In this document: in pieces, positions 27,575-37,273 of the stretch
Position numbering within the stretch: the stretch's first letter is position 1
How the letters are laid out: the number at the start of each line of letters is the position of its first letter
Position numbers and translations under genes: made by a program
DNA from: Bdellovibrionales bacterium
GTDB lineage: Bacteria; Bdellovibrionota; Bdellovibrionia; Bdellovibrionales; JAGQZY01
Assembly (NCBI GenBank): GCA_964230645.1
Contig: CAXRHT010000001.1
Span: forward strand, 320,001-384,000
Reading direction: 5' to 3'
Length of the DNA: 64,000 nucleotides
The notes under the pieces: generated by a model
What the model was told of the DNA's origin: nothing
The model's database searches: none
Seen by the model: only the letters and a program-made list of their open reading frames with translations

Positions 27575-30500
27575 ATGAAATCAATCATTCAATATTTCGT
27601 GAACCGCTCTTTTGTGGTGAACCTTTTATCTGCTTTTATTATTTTTGCAGGTCTAGTCTTAGGCTCAATGATCAAACGTGACATGATTCCACCATTTGAG
27701 TGGAAGAGTGTTTCAGTATCCGTATCATTGCCAGGAGCTTCCGCCACAGAAGTCGAGAAGTATTTGGCCTACCCTATTGAAAATGCCTTGCAGGGGCTCC
27801 CACACTCCAAGGAAATCACCACACGCTCCACCTCTGGATCATTAAATATCCAGGTGTACTTTAATGCCGGTCACGACGAAATGGCCGAGTCGGTGGAACA
27901 AATTCGTAGCCGTATCCAAGCGATCAACTGGCAGCTCCCCTCGCAATCAAGAGATATCACAGTCTCTCAGAACAAAGTGGACTCTGTTTTCCACATGGGA
28001 ATTGCCCTTGAAAACTTCGATGCCACCAATCCGGAACACCGCTTACGAGTGAAGCGCCTGGCCGAGAAAATCCGTCAGGTTAAGGGGATGATTGACGTCA
28101 GTGAAGACATGAATAAACAGAATGTCTACATCGAAATTCATCCTGACAAATTAGCGCCCTTTGAAATCTCTGTGGCGGAAATCAGAACAAAAGTTCAAGA
28201 AAACCTTTCTTACTCCCCAATCGGTCAGGTCGATTTTGATGAGAAAACTTTTTCAGTGGAAATTCAGCGACCGGCAGAGGCTATTGAAGCCTTTAAGAAA
28301 ATGGCGATTCGAAGTAATAAAACCGGCAATGTTCTCTATTTGGAAGACGTTGCCGATATTCGCTTAAAAATTGATGACGTCAAAACTAGCCACCGTTTTA
28401 ACGGCAAACCTGTTATCAATCTCTACACTAGAAAAGATATTGAATCCGATGCCATCGCTCTAAAAGGGGAAGTGCAAAAAATCCTGGATGAGGCCAACAA
28501 AAACTATCCGGATGGGATGCAGGCCACCGTGTTTATTGATGCCCCTCAACTGATCGAGTCCCAACTGGAAACTCTTAAAAACAATGGTCTGGTGGGAATG
28601 CTCATTGTATTGGTTATTCTCACCCTCTTTTTTAACTGGAAGGTCTCACTTGTCACCTCGTTTGGAATTCCAATCGCATATTGCGGAACTCTGGTGGCTC
28701 TCTATTTCTTTGGTATCTCCATTGATATTATCTCAGTTGTGGGCATGATTCTGGTATTAGGGATACTGGTGGATGACGCGATCATCATCGCAGAACGATA
28801 TATTGAAAACCTTGAAGAGGGGCAAGAGCCCAAAGAAGCCGCCTATAACGCTAGCCAAGATTTAATGATCCCAGTGACAGGCACCGTACTCACCACCGTT
28901 TTTGCCTTCACGCCAATGGTTATGCTTGAAAGTGAAATTGCTAACGTTTTTTATGCGGTTCCCATTGTCATTATCGTATCATTGGCAATGAGTTGGCTTG
29001 AGTCTTTTTTCATTCTCCCCAATCATCTCCAACATTTTATAGAAAAGGCGCCTCACAAAAATGGCCACTCCTTTTTTGATAAAACCAAAGACATTTACAA
29101 AAAAGTAATGGGTCAGGTTTTACGCTTTCGTTATCTCGTGGTAGTTTTCCTCGTTGCTTTTTTCGCCGCTTCGGGGTGGGTTGCTAAGAATAAGATTCAA
29201 CAAGAATTTTGGTTCAATGTCTCAAGGGAAAGAATCGCTATAAAAGTCACTTTAAAAGACAATGTCTCATTGAAGTTTACCGAAAACGTTATCGCTCCCA
29301 TTGAAAAGTATTTACTCACACTTCCTAAAGATAAATTTCAATACGTTCAAACCGACATTGGAAGTATGTGGACACGAGGTAGACACTACGAGGGTTACCG
29401 CTATGCCAAAGTTATGCTTCATATTCACGAAGACATCACAAAACCAAGTCTTGTCAAAAAAGAGTACACCGAAAAACTGAAAAAGTATTTTGCCGAGTAT
29501 GAAAAAGAGCATCCCGAGATCGAAAAAATCGGAATTGGTTTTGAAATGAACGATCAGGACGACAAGAAAAAAGATATGGTTTCAATAGACGTTTCTGGAA
29601 ACGAGGATGTGGATTACCTGGAATTAAAACAAACCATTAGCGCCCAACTCAAAGAAGAGAACTTGAATCTTGAGATGGTTAAAGAGGTGAATGAATTTGA
29701 TGAAAAATGGGTCTTCACTCCTGATACCAATAAATTAGCCCGCTATAAAATGAGTCTTGGCAGCATCACTTCACAACTTCGCTCTTACTTCGTTCCCCAC
29801 GAACTCATGCAAATGCGACTGCAGGGGGAAGCGAAGTGGATCTACACTCAAGTGAAACGCGACAAGCCCATCACCCAAAAAGAGCTCGAAAAGCTTTCAG
29901 TCCTTAACAACATCGGACTAAGTGTGCCACTCACAAGACTCGGCAGTTGGTCGCGAAAAAAACAGTTAGGAAATATCCGTCACCAAGATGGTAAAAGGAT
30001 GTTTAGTTTTGACCTCGCCTACGAGCCCACCGAAGAGATGAATATCGTGAAGGCCAAAGAGGAAGGCCAAAAAGTGGCTGACACTCTCACCAAAAAATAC
30101 CCGACCTACACCGTCGAACTTCGCGATGCCGACAGAGCCGAGGCCAGTAGCCGAGCTTGGGCCTTGAAGGTGGCTTTACTTTGCATAGTTCTAGTTATGT
30201 TTACTCTTGCCCTAGTGTTAAGCTCAGTTTCACTTCCATTTTTGGTAGGTCTTCCCATTCCTTTTGGCTTAATGGGAATTGTCTGGGCTCTTTATCTTCA
30301 TGATATGAAAATGGGAATCATGTCTCTCATTGGACTTATTGGAACGGTGGGCGTTTCTGTGAACGACTCTCTGATCATGGTGGACCAAATTATGAAAAGA
30401 GGGCGCAAAGCCGGCGGCCTTGCTAGAGAACATATTATTGAGGGTGCCTCCAGCCGCTTAAGAGCCATTATCTTAACAACTGTCACCACTTTAGGGGGTG

Positions 30501-30841
30501 TCTTTCCAATGGCCTACGGTATTGGTGGTGAGTCGGGCTACACCCAACCTCTCGCTTTTTCTTTAGGCTGGGGACTTTTCTTTTCGACCTTTCTCACACT
30601 TTTTGCACTTCCCGCTTTTGTTGAGATACGAAGAGATTTTACGCGTCTGGGGGGCTGGATCAAAGATCGACTGAGACACCAACGGGTGCGAAGTGCTTCA
30701 GAATCATCTTCCACAAAATCCTCGAAAACAAAGGGTCCCCAAAAGACCAATCTCGCTGATGGAAGCTGGGAGGCTAGGGATATTAAGAAAACTAACAAGG
30801 AAGAGGGCATTGACCAGTCCCCTCCACCACCTCGGGTGTAA
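27575..30841 (+). CDS. RND-family (AcrB/D/F) inner-membrane transporter
   Basis: PGAS..EVE, GILVDDAIII.E, GV.VNDS and RLRAI.LTT.TT motifs; two large periplasmic loops. Confidence 0.93.
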   Translation: MKSIIQYFVNRSFVVNLLSAFIIFAGLVLGSMIKRDMIPPFEWKSVSVSVSLPGASATEVEKYLAYPIENALQGLPHSKEITTRSTSGSLNIQVYFNAGHDEMAESVEQIRSRIQAINWQLPSQSRDITVSQNKVDSVFHMGIALENFDATNPEHRLRVKRLAEKIRQVKGMIDVSEDMNKQNVYIEIHPDKLAPFEISVAEIRTKVQENLSYSPIGQVDFDEKTFSVEIQRPAEAIEAFKKMAIRSNKTGNVLYLEDVADIRLKIDDVKTSHRFNGKPVINLYTRKDIESDAIALKGEVQKILDEANKNYPDGMQATVFIDAPQLIESQLETLKNNGLVGMLIVLVILTLFFNWKVSLVTSFGIPIAYCGTLVALYFFGISIDIISVVGMILVLGILVDDAIIIAERYIENLEEGQEPKEAAYNASQDLMIPVTGTVLTTVFAFTPMVMLESEIANVFYAVPIVIIVSLAMSWLESFFILPNHLQHFIEKAPHKNGHSFFDKTKDIYKKVMGQVLRFRYLVVVFLVAFFAASGWVAKNKIQQEFWFNVSRERIAIKVTLKDNVSLKFTENVIAPIEKYLLTLPKDKFQYVQTDIGSMWTRGRHYEGYRYAKVMLHIHEDITKPSLVKKEYTEKLKKYFAEYEKEHPEIEKIGIGFEMNDQDDKKKDMVSIDVSGNEDVDYLELKQTISAQLKEENLNLEMVKEVNEFDEKWVFTPDTNKLARYKMSLGSITSQLRSYFVPHELMQMRLQGEAKWIYTQVKRDKPITQKELEKLSVLNNIGLSVPLTRLGSWSRKKQLGNIRHQDGKRMFSFDLAYEPTEEMNIVKAKEEGQKVADTLTKKYPTYTVELRDADRAEASSRAWALKVALLCIVLVMFTLALVLSSVSLPFLVGLPIPFGLMGIVWALYLHDMKMGIMSLIGLIGTVGVSVNDSLIMVDQIMKRGRKAGGLAREHIIEGASSRLRAIILTTVTTLGGVFPMAYGIGGESGYTQPLAFSLGWGLFFSTFLTLFALPAFVEIRRDFTRLGGWIKDRLRHQRVRSASESSSTKSSKTKGPQKTNLADGSWEARDIKKTNKEEGIDQSPPPPRV

Positions 30842-30870
30842 AAAAAAAGCCGGTTTGAAACCGGCTTTTT
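30840..30870. terminator. Bidirectional intrinsic terminator
   Basis: AAAAAAAAGCCGGTTT-G-AAACCGGCTTTTT between convergent genes. Confidence 0.85.
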
Positions 30871-30898
30871 AAGTTGGGGTCATAGGGTTCGTGTCTTG

Positions 30899-31360
30899 TT
30901 AGTTTATTTTGACACTTTCTATTTTGCGATAGTCTTTCATGTCGGTGATATATGAGCTTGAAAGTTCATTCTTCTGTTTTTCGCTTAAAGCTTTACCCGC
31001 AAGTTGAAAAACTTCATGCTCTTCTTCGTCCAAATGATGAGTCACCAATTCTTTGAGCTGCTTAGCTTTAGTAAGCCAAGCCGAATTGGACATATCTGTA
31101 TTTTCGAGTTCCTCAAGCTTGTCATCGATTTGCTCGTGCTCATGAACACTGTGACGGGCTTTTTCAATAGTAATATCATCTTCCATCAAGGGCCGATAAA
31201 ACCAACGCTCCTCATAGCGTGCATGGCCTTTTAAGTTATCTTTAAGTTCATTAAATATCTTCTTTCTTGTCTCACTCTTCCCGTCTGTCTCCACAAGATG
31301 GTCAAAAAGAGCTCTTTGAATATCGTGGTCTTTTCGTAGTTCTTCAAATATCTGAGTCAT
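30899..31360 (-). CDS. Hemerythrin-like (HHE) domain protein
   Basis: L.KDH, H...EE..FY, H...EH and HH..EEE..VF motifs. Confidence 0.9.
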   Translation of the reverse strand: MTQIFEELRKDHDIQRALFDHLVETDGKSETRKKIFNELKDNLKGHARYEERWFYRPLMEDDITIEKARHSVHEHEQIDDKLEELENTDMSNSAWLTKAKQLKELVTHHLDEEEHEVFQLAGKALSEKQKNELSSSYITDMKDYRKIESVKIN

Positions 31361-31496
31361 AATCTGTCTCCTAAGTTTGATTTCAATAGCGTTAGATTAG
31401 TCCTCTTGTTCAATTATTACTTGGTTTTCATTTATAAATGCTGTGAACAATTGATAACAAATTGACGAATGAGGCCGTCTCTACTAGACACAAGCC

Positions 31497-31697
31497 ATGG
31501 AAACCACTTCGATTCTCAGAATTTTTTGCCTTGTTGGTGCGCTCCTAGGCTTTCTAGGACTTTATATGATGCTTGGTATTTATGAAATCACTGGCTTCAC
31601 GGTCGTGGTGGCTCTACCTCTGATCCTTACTTTTCTTAGCTCCCTTTATCTTATCTACAGAGCCTTTAAGCCTTCGCAAAATAACCTAAGTAATTGA
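31497..31697 (+). CDS. Small membrane protein with two TM helices
   Basis: 66-aa ORF with two clear hydrophobic stretches; weak RBS. Confidence 0.55.
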   Translation: METTSILRIFCLVGALLGFLGLYMMLGIYEITGFTVVVALPLILTFLSSLYLIYRAFKPSQNNLSN

Positions 31698-31716
31698 GGA
31701 ATTAGTAATACTTCTT

Positions 31717-31874
31717 CCCCATTGTCATCCTGACCAAAGGGAAGGATCTTTGCCGGTGACTATAATTTATAATGTGAATTTAGTTGCGATAGATTCTTCG
31801 CTTCGCTCAGAATGACAGGGCACTCAGAATGACAGGGCACTCAGAATGACCGTGCGCTCAAAATGACAATGGGG
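31717..31874. repeat. REP/MITE-like palindromic element A with a 17-bp tandem expansion in its right arm
   Basis: Arms GTCATCCTGACCAAAGGGAAGGATCT and AGATTCTTCGCTTCGCTCAGAATGAC; CTCA(G/A)AATGAC repeated at 31806, 31823, 31840 and 31857; outer 12-bp perfect IR CCCCATTGTCAT/ATGACAATGGGG. Confidence 0.85.
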
Positions 31875-31915
31875 CAATGGGATCGTGGGAGTTGAAAATG
31901 CCATCACCCCATTTC

Positions 31916-31941
31916 GTCGTCCTGAGAGTAGCGAAGGACCT
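31916..31941. repeat. Solo arm of the same REP-like family
   Basis: GTCGTCCTGAGAGTAGCGAAGGACCT resembles the arms of elements A, B and C. Confidence 0.7.
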
Positions 31942-31952
31942 ATTGCCGAGGA

Positions 31953-33116
31953 CTATGACTTAGCTTTTCCTTGGCTTTTAAACCAGTGAATCAACTGCGG
32001 ATAAAGAGTGTCGATTTTTTTGGATTCACTTTTTCTGTATATAGTTTCCAGAAACCGACAAAACTCGGAAAACCGCAAAAAGCCCCTCTTTTCAACTTGG
32101 TTCTTAATGTTTCTTTCGGTTAAAAACTTTTGATCGTAAGGGTCCTGAACCCTATCCAAATACCATAGATGCACCAGTCCCCAATTTAGATACTCTTCAA
32201 AGAGAGCGTTGCCAGAATAGTAATTATCACCTTTGCTCGGAGCTAGCCAAAAATCACGCTTTTCTATGGCATCAGCGATGGCCTCCCTATGGAGGCGGGA
32301 AGGTACTGCTAAATATCCATGGTTAATTTCGGTAAAAAGGAGACTTCCTTGCAGCAATCTTAATGATCGATACTTTAACTTTCTCAAGGCTTTTTCTGAG
32401 GGTGGGTAGGGAAAATTAACGTGAGCTTGCAGCTCTTTAAAACTATCCCCCTCAAACCATTTTGCTGACTGCCAGCCGTAGACAAGAGGAGAAAATACCA
32501 CATTCAAAAAATCAATGTTCTTGTTGGTTTGAAACCTTTGATCCAGCCACTGGCGCATATCTCGAGGATCAATTTCTGTTTTAAAAAATGAAATTTGCTT
32601 GCTGTAAACAGTTTTATTTCTTTTGTAAAATTCATCAAAGCGGGTCTCTAAGTAAAAATCAGTCATCTCTTTGGTTAGCTGTTTTAAGCTATTTTCTTTA
32701 AGAAAGCCTGTGACCTTATAAACAGGATGACGACCCACTCCTTTGTCTGCAGTGAAAATGAAAGAAAAGGAATCCATCTTCAATGTACTGTAGAGATTGG
32801 TCCTCTTCTCAAGGAGGGCATTAAGCTTGAGAACAAATGGGTGCTTATTGAATTGTGAAAAATACTGAATGACATCCTCGTAGTATTTTGAATCTTTATA
32901 AACAAGCCAAGAGATGGAGTGGGCATGATCGGTTAGTGCAATGGCTATATTCACCATTTCGTAGATTTCTGGAATTTGAAATTCAATAGTCCCCTTTTTT
33001 TGTTCAATGAAATTGGATGTGTAGATAACCCTCGGAGAGTATTTGCTTAGGCTAACCTTATTGTGGGTGCAGGATGCAACGATCAAGGAAAAACATAAAT
33101 AAACGAAATTTCTCAA
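31953..33116 (-). CDS. DUF4932-like lipoprotein
   Basis: Lipobox IVASC; PE.YE..NIAIALT, ELQAHVNFPY, FTEINHGY and F.EY.NWGL motifs recalled for DUF4932. Confidence 0.7.
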   Translation of the reverse strand: MRNFVYLCFSLIVASCTHNKVSLSKYSPRVIYTSNFIEQKKGTIEFQIPEIYEMVNIAIALTDHAHSISWLVYKDSKYYEDVIQYFSQFNKHPFVLKLNALLEKRTNLYSTLKMDSFSFIFTADKGVGRHPVYKVTGFLKENSLKQLTKEMTDFYLETRFDEFYKRNKTVYSKQISFFKTEIDPRDMRQWLDQRFQTNKNIDFLNVVFSPLVYGWQSAKWFEGDSFKELQAHVNFPYPPSEKALRKLKYRSLRLLQGSLLFTEINHGYLAVPSRLHREAIADAIEKRDFWLAPSKGDNYYSGNALFEEYLNWGLVHLWYLDRVQDPYDQKFLTERNIKNQVEKRGFLRFSEFCRFLETIYRKSESKKIDTLYPQLIHWFKSQGKAKS

Positions 33117-33128
33117 AGGGCCGCCTTG

Positions 33129-33569
33129 CTAAAGAATTTCGAAGTCCTCAGTACGTGGGATAGTTTTTATTTTCTCCTGCAGGACATCTGGAGGAAAAGT
33201 TACTTTTCTTTTGAGCAAGTCAAACCAAGCTCCGGTTATCTCAAGAGTGGCACTCAATTTGCCATCAGAGAGGCGGTAAATCTCATGGAGCATCTCCCAT
33301 TTACGACCATCCTCGCTCAATCCTTTCACCCGAATATTGACCCGCGCTTTGTCTCCGGGAAGAATTTCACTGAGATAGTGAACGTTTTCATTGAAGATAA
33401 TTGGCCCTATTTTAAGTTCGCTAAACTTTTTCATAGTGAACCCCAAACTCTCAAGATAGGCAAAGCGAGTGGCCGCGCATAGATCACCGTAAGCTGTGTG
33501 TCTCATGTGCCCATTGGGGTCTAGGTCCGCCCACCTGATATGAAATTCTTGATTGTAAACTTCCGACAT
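33129..33569 (-). CDS. Acyl-CoA thioesterase (hot-dog fold, YbgC/4HBT-like)
   Basis: RWADLDPNGHMRHTAY motif. Confidence 0.9.
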   Translation of the reverse strand: MSEVYNQEFHIRWADLDPNGHMRHTAYGDLCAATRFAYLESLGFTMKKFSELKIGPIIFNENVHYLSEILPGDKARVNIRVKGLSEDGRKWEMLHEIYRLSDGKLSATLEITGAWFDLLKRKVTFPPDVLQEKIKTIPRTEDFEIL

Positions 33570-33572
33570 CCT

Positions 33573-34373
33573 TTACCCCTTGTTGTTTTCCACCACGCAG
33601 GCTGACTTACCCAATTTGCGCCGATGCAGAGCTAACCCATAGGCCCAAAAACCACTCGAGGATTTTAACTTCTCAGCGCGCAGCCATTTTGTTTTCTTCT
33701 TATCGATATTTAACTTTTTATCAAAAACATTGATCACATCAACACTCGGTCCTGACTGCGGTCCTTTGTTTTTTTCAACGAAAAGATCCGGTTCACTTCC
33801 TTCAGGACAAGTCCATTGATAGCGAACGGGTTCATCCCAATATGGGGCGTTCTCAAGCTCGGGGACATTTTTAGCCGTTAGAGCGTCTTTAAACTGCTCA
33901 TCGGTCATAAAAGAAATACGATCAATTCCTAAGGCAATCAGGGTACTAGCCAGAAGAAACTCCTCACCATTTCCCTTTAAGCCTTTGCCAAAAACAACAA
34001 CATGACTGTAAGGCTCCACCCCTTTAAGAGCGAGCAAGCGCTGCAACTCATCGGCTTTGTCACCGAGTCTCTTTCCCGATAGCCCTCTTAAATCCCAATC
34101 CTTCCAATAAGCATAAAAGCTCCGCGGAGGTTTTGACATTTGATGATCAAAGCGAGACCTCACATCAATGATCACCGACTTTTTAAGCTCCACCTTCCCA
34201 TTGACCTGGACTTTCGAGAACACGCGGTCTTCTTGGTCAAGGTCTACCTCAGTGACCTTGGTGGGTTTTTGCTGGCAAGCACTGAGGAAAATAAAAAAGG
34301 CACCTAACATTAAAAAAGCCTTTCTTATGGAGAAAGGCTTTGAATGAAAAAATAAAAGGTCTGTAATCTTCAA
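33573..34373 (-). CDS. Lipoprotein with a rhodanese-like domain
   Basis: Lipobox FLSAC; VIIDVRS..D, L...G and V.V.G pattern of the non-catalytic rhodanese repeat. Confidence 0.6.
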   Translation of the reverse strand: MKITDLLFFHSKPFSIRKAFLMLGAFFIFLSACQQKPTKVTEVDLDQEDRVFSKVQVNGKVELKKSVIIDVRSRFDHQMSKPPRSFYAYWKDWDLRGLSGKRLGDKADELQRLLALKGVEPYSHVVVFGKGLKGNGEEFLLASTLIALGIDRISFMTDEQFKDALTAKNVPELENAPYWDEPVRYQWTCPEGSEPDLFVEKNKGPQSGPSVDVINVFDKKLNIDKKKTKWLRAEKLKSSSGFWAYGLALHRRKLGKSACVVENNKG

Positions 34374-34381
34374 GAAAGGTC

Positions 34382-35866
34382 CTATTGTTGTTTTTTGTGT
34401 TTCATGGTCGGAAAAAGGAGAATGTCTCTGATGCTAGGACGATCGGTGAGAAGCATTACGATTCGCTCCACGCCAATCCCCACTCCCCCTGTGGGAGGCA
34501 TTCCTACATCGATGGCGTGCATAAAGTCTGAGTCCATTGGCTGAGCCTCTTCGTCCACCACTCTTCTTTCTTCCTGATCCTTTAATCGATTCAATTGGTC
34601 CTCGGGGTCGTTGAGCTCCGTATAGGCATTGCCTATTTCCATGGCCGCACAGATGGGCTCAAACCTTTCCACAAGTCCTTTTTTCTCTCGGTGCATTTTT
34701 GTTAGAGGTGAAACCTCGACAGGAAAATCAATGACAAATGTGGGCTGGATCAATTCACTCTCAGCCGATAGCTCAAAGAGCTCCATAATCATATCACCAC
34801 GCAGTCCTGCTTTTTCCATATCCGAGCCAAGACTTTTACATTTTTTAAAAAGCTCTTCATCGCTGGCGGATTCGGGATCTATACCTGCGTACTCTTTGAC
34901 ACCATCGTAGACGCTCAGTCGTCTCCAAGGCGGTGTAAAATCGATTTCTTTGCCTTGATAAGTCACCTTAGTGTCACCCGTAATTTTACGAGCAAGATGA
35001 GCGACGAGTTCTTCGAACTGGTTCATTTGGTACTCATAGTCAGTATAGGCTTCATACCACTCAAGCATGGTGAATTCAGGGTTATGAGAACGATCAATTC
35101 CTTCGTTACGAAAGTTCTTACCCACTTCATAAACTTTTTCAAAACCACCCACGATTAACCTTTTTAAATAAAGCTCCGGACTGATCTTTAAATAAAGCTT
35201 CATATCGAGAGCTCGGTGATGAGTGGAAAATGGGTAGGCTGCAGCCCCACCATAAATTGGTTGTAAAACTGGAGTTTCAACTTCAAGAAAACCCCGCTCA
35301 TTTAAAAAGCTTCTGATTTCGGCGATAATTTTCGAACGGGTTTCAAAAGTCTTTCGACTCTCAGGGTCCATAATAAGATCGAGATGACGATGACGATACT
35401 TGAGTTCCACATCCTGAATCCCGTGATATTTCTCAGGCAAAGGCTCTAAGCTCTTACAAAGGATTTCAAATTTTTGAGTGTGAAGTGAAAGCTCTCCCTT
35501 TCTTGTTTTAAAAACAAACCCCTCAATACCCACGATGTCGCCGATGTCTATATTTTCAAAAGAAGTCAGCCCCGCTTCATCGAGCTCTGCTTTTTTAAGA
35601 TAACATTGAATGCGACCGGTTTGATCTTGAATGTTGAAAAAGGCGGCTTTCCCCATAGGTCGCTTCGTCATCAAACGGCCAGCGATCTTATACACTTCAC
35701 CTTCTTTTTTATCCCCGGCAGCAAGCCCTGAGTGAAGGTGAACGATTTCTTTGACCTGGGCTGTGCGCTCATAGTTATGGGGAAAAGGATCGATCCCTTT
35801 TTCTCTTAACTCTTTGAGCTTGGCTCTTTTTTCCGCGCGAATGGGGTTTTCCGTATTTTCACTCAT
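34382..35866 (-). CDS. lysS: Lysyl-tRNA synthetase (class II)
   Basis: OB fold, GGAAA.PF.TH, FRNEGID..HNPEFTM.E.Y, GMPPTGG.GIG.ER, IRD..LFP.M. Confidence 0.98.
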   Translation of the reverse strand: MSENTENPIRAEKRAKLKELREKGIDPFPHNYERTAQVKEIVHLHSGLAAGDKKEGEVYKIAGRLMTKRPMGKAAFFNIQDQTGRIQCYLKKAELDEAGLTSFENIDIGDIVGIEGFVFKTRKGELSLHTQKFEILCKSLEPLPEKYHGIQDVELKYRHRHLDLIMDPESRKTFETRSKIIAEIRSFLNERGFLEVETPVLQPIYGGAAAYPFSTHHRALDMKLYLKISPELYLKRLIVGGFEKVYEVGKNFRNEGIDRSHNPEFTMLEWYEAYTDYEYQMNQFEELVAHLARKITGDTKVTYQGKEIDFTPPWRRLSVYDGVKEYAGIDPESASDEELFKKCKSLGSDMEKAGLRGDMIMELFELSAESELIQPTFVIDFPVEVSPLTKMHREKKGLVERFEPICAAMEIGNAYTELNDPEDQLNRLKDQEERRVVDEEAQPMDSDFMHAIDVGMPPTGGVGIGVERIVMLLTDRPSIRDILLFPTMKHKKQQ

Positions 35867-35889
35867 AACCTCAACCTTTCTTGGTTTCT

Positions 35890-36813
35890 TTATTGATCTT
35901 TGCCGGTGTAAATATCCATCACTGATTGCAAAAGCTCTATGGCCTCTTTTTTAGGACGCTGAAAAGCATTGCGCCCCATAATACTTCCAAAAGCTCCGCC
36001 TTGCGCCAATTGGCTCACCTCTTCTAAAACGTCTTTAGTTTCTTTGGCGGCTCCTCCACTAAAGATCACAACACGGCGACCATTAAAACAAGACTCCACC
36101 ACGTGACGAGCACGATCGGAAAGTTTTGAAACGGGAATACCTTGTTCTTCATAAACTTTTTTAGCAGCGTCTTGCTCGATGTGGGCTGTGGGTGGTTTTA
36201 CTTTTATAAAGTGAGCCCCCAACTGCGCTGCGATTTGTGCGGCATAGGCAATCACATCAATGGCTGTCTCACCGTCTTTTGAAATTTGCTCACCACGGGC
36301 GTAAGACCAAATCACCACAAGCAGTCCGGCTTCTTTAGCCTTTCTTGCGGCTTCGGCGATCTCTTCGTACATTTGCTTTCTTAAACTACTTCCTGGGTAA
36401 ATGGTAAAACCAATTCCCACACATCCTAATCGAAGAGCATCGTCCACATGAGAAGTCAGCGCCGAACAAGGACCTTCCGGAGAGTAAAGAGTATCAGAAT
36501 TGTTAATTTTTAAGATAAGTGGCAAGTCGCCAGCAAAGTCTCTGGCTACAGCTTCAATAAATCCTAATGGAGCGGCGTAAGCACTGCAGCCAGCTTCCAC
36601 AGCAAGGGAAGCGTGATAGGTCGGATCGTACCCATTGGGGTTTTTTGCAAAACTACGGGCTGGGCCGTGTTCAAAACCCTGATCCACAGGAAGAATCACC
36701 ATTTTCCCTGTTCCACCGAGGCGGCCGTGGTTTAGCACTCGGGCCATGTTGTTTAATACTCCGGGGTTATCGGCCCCGTACCAGCTAAGAATCTCTCTTA
36801 CTCTAGGCGTCAT
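35890..36813 (-). CDS. fbaB: Class I fructose-bisphosphate aldolase (DhnA/FbaB type)
   Basis: ILPVDQGFEHGP..SF, KVK Schiff-base Lys, FSGG, GSI.GRNAFQRP; start at ATG 36813 behind AAGGAG. Confidence 0.9.
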   Translation of the reverse strand: MTPRVREILSWYGADNPGVLNNMARVLNHGRLGGTGKMVILPVDQGFEHGPARSFAKNPNGYDPTYHASLAVEAGCSAYAAPLGFIEAVARDFAGDLPLILKINNSDTLYSPEGPCSALTSHVDDALRLGCVGIGFTIYPGSSLRKQMYEEIAEAARKAKEAGLLVVIWSYARGEQISKDGETAIDVIAYAAQIAAQLGAHFIKVKPPTAHIEQDAAKKVYEEQGIPVSKLSDRARHVVESCFNGRRVVIFSGGAAKETKDVLEEVSQLAQGGAFGSIMGRNAFQRPKKEAIELLQSVMDIYTGKDQ

Positions 36814-36906
36814 ACTCTTTTTCTCCTTAAAACGAATGCTGCCTACACTATTCATTTTGGACTTTGAAATCAAGGGGATAAAGAGCTAGCGAGTGTGGAT
36901 GAGGGC

Positions 36907-37066
36907 CCGTTCCGCGGCTTTTTCTGTGGGATTTTTTTGGAGTGTTTGCGAGATAGGCACAGCTCCTGCTTTGCTGGCATCGCCCTTTGGGCGAGCGCGT
37001 CCCGCTTGCCAGAGCCATATCTCACAAACACTCCAAAAAAATCCCACAGAAAAAGCCGCGGAACGG
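36907..37066. repeat. 160-bp long palindromic element (49-bp arms, 1 mismatch)
   Basis: 36907-36955 CCGTTCCGCGG...GCGAGATA is the reverse complement of 37018-37066; GC-rich structured core. Confidence 0.92.
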
Positions 37067-37081
37067 TCAAACTTTTGAGCC

Positions 37082-37227
37082 TATTCTTTGTCATTCCTGA
37101 GTGTATTCTTTGCCATTCTGAGCATGCTCCTTGTCATTCTGAGAATAGCGAAGAATCTATCGCCACTGAATTCACGTTATAAATCAAAGCCCTCGGTAAT
37201 AGGTACTTCGCTTCGCTCAGCACGACA
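37082..37227. repeat. REP/MITE-like palindromic element B with a 21-22-bp tandem expansion in one arm
   Basis: Units TATTCTTTGTCATTCCTGAGTG, TATTCTTTGCCATTCTGAGCA, then ..TTGTCATTCTGAGAATAGCGAAGAATCT; partner arm AGGTACTTCGCTTCGCTCAGCACGACA; spacer homologous to element A in reverse orientation. Confidence 0.85.
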
Positions 37228-37273
37228 GCTGCACTCTTCACTACAAAATGGAGTTTATTTTAAAATATATTTT

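Noticed and set aside
31806..31873. Possible CRISPR mini-array (11-bp repeat with 6-bp variable parts)
   Set aside because: The 17-bp period is far too short, two 'spacers' are identical and no cas genes are present; treated as a tandem expansion of a REP-like arm.
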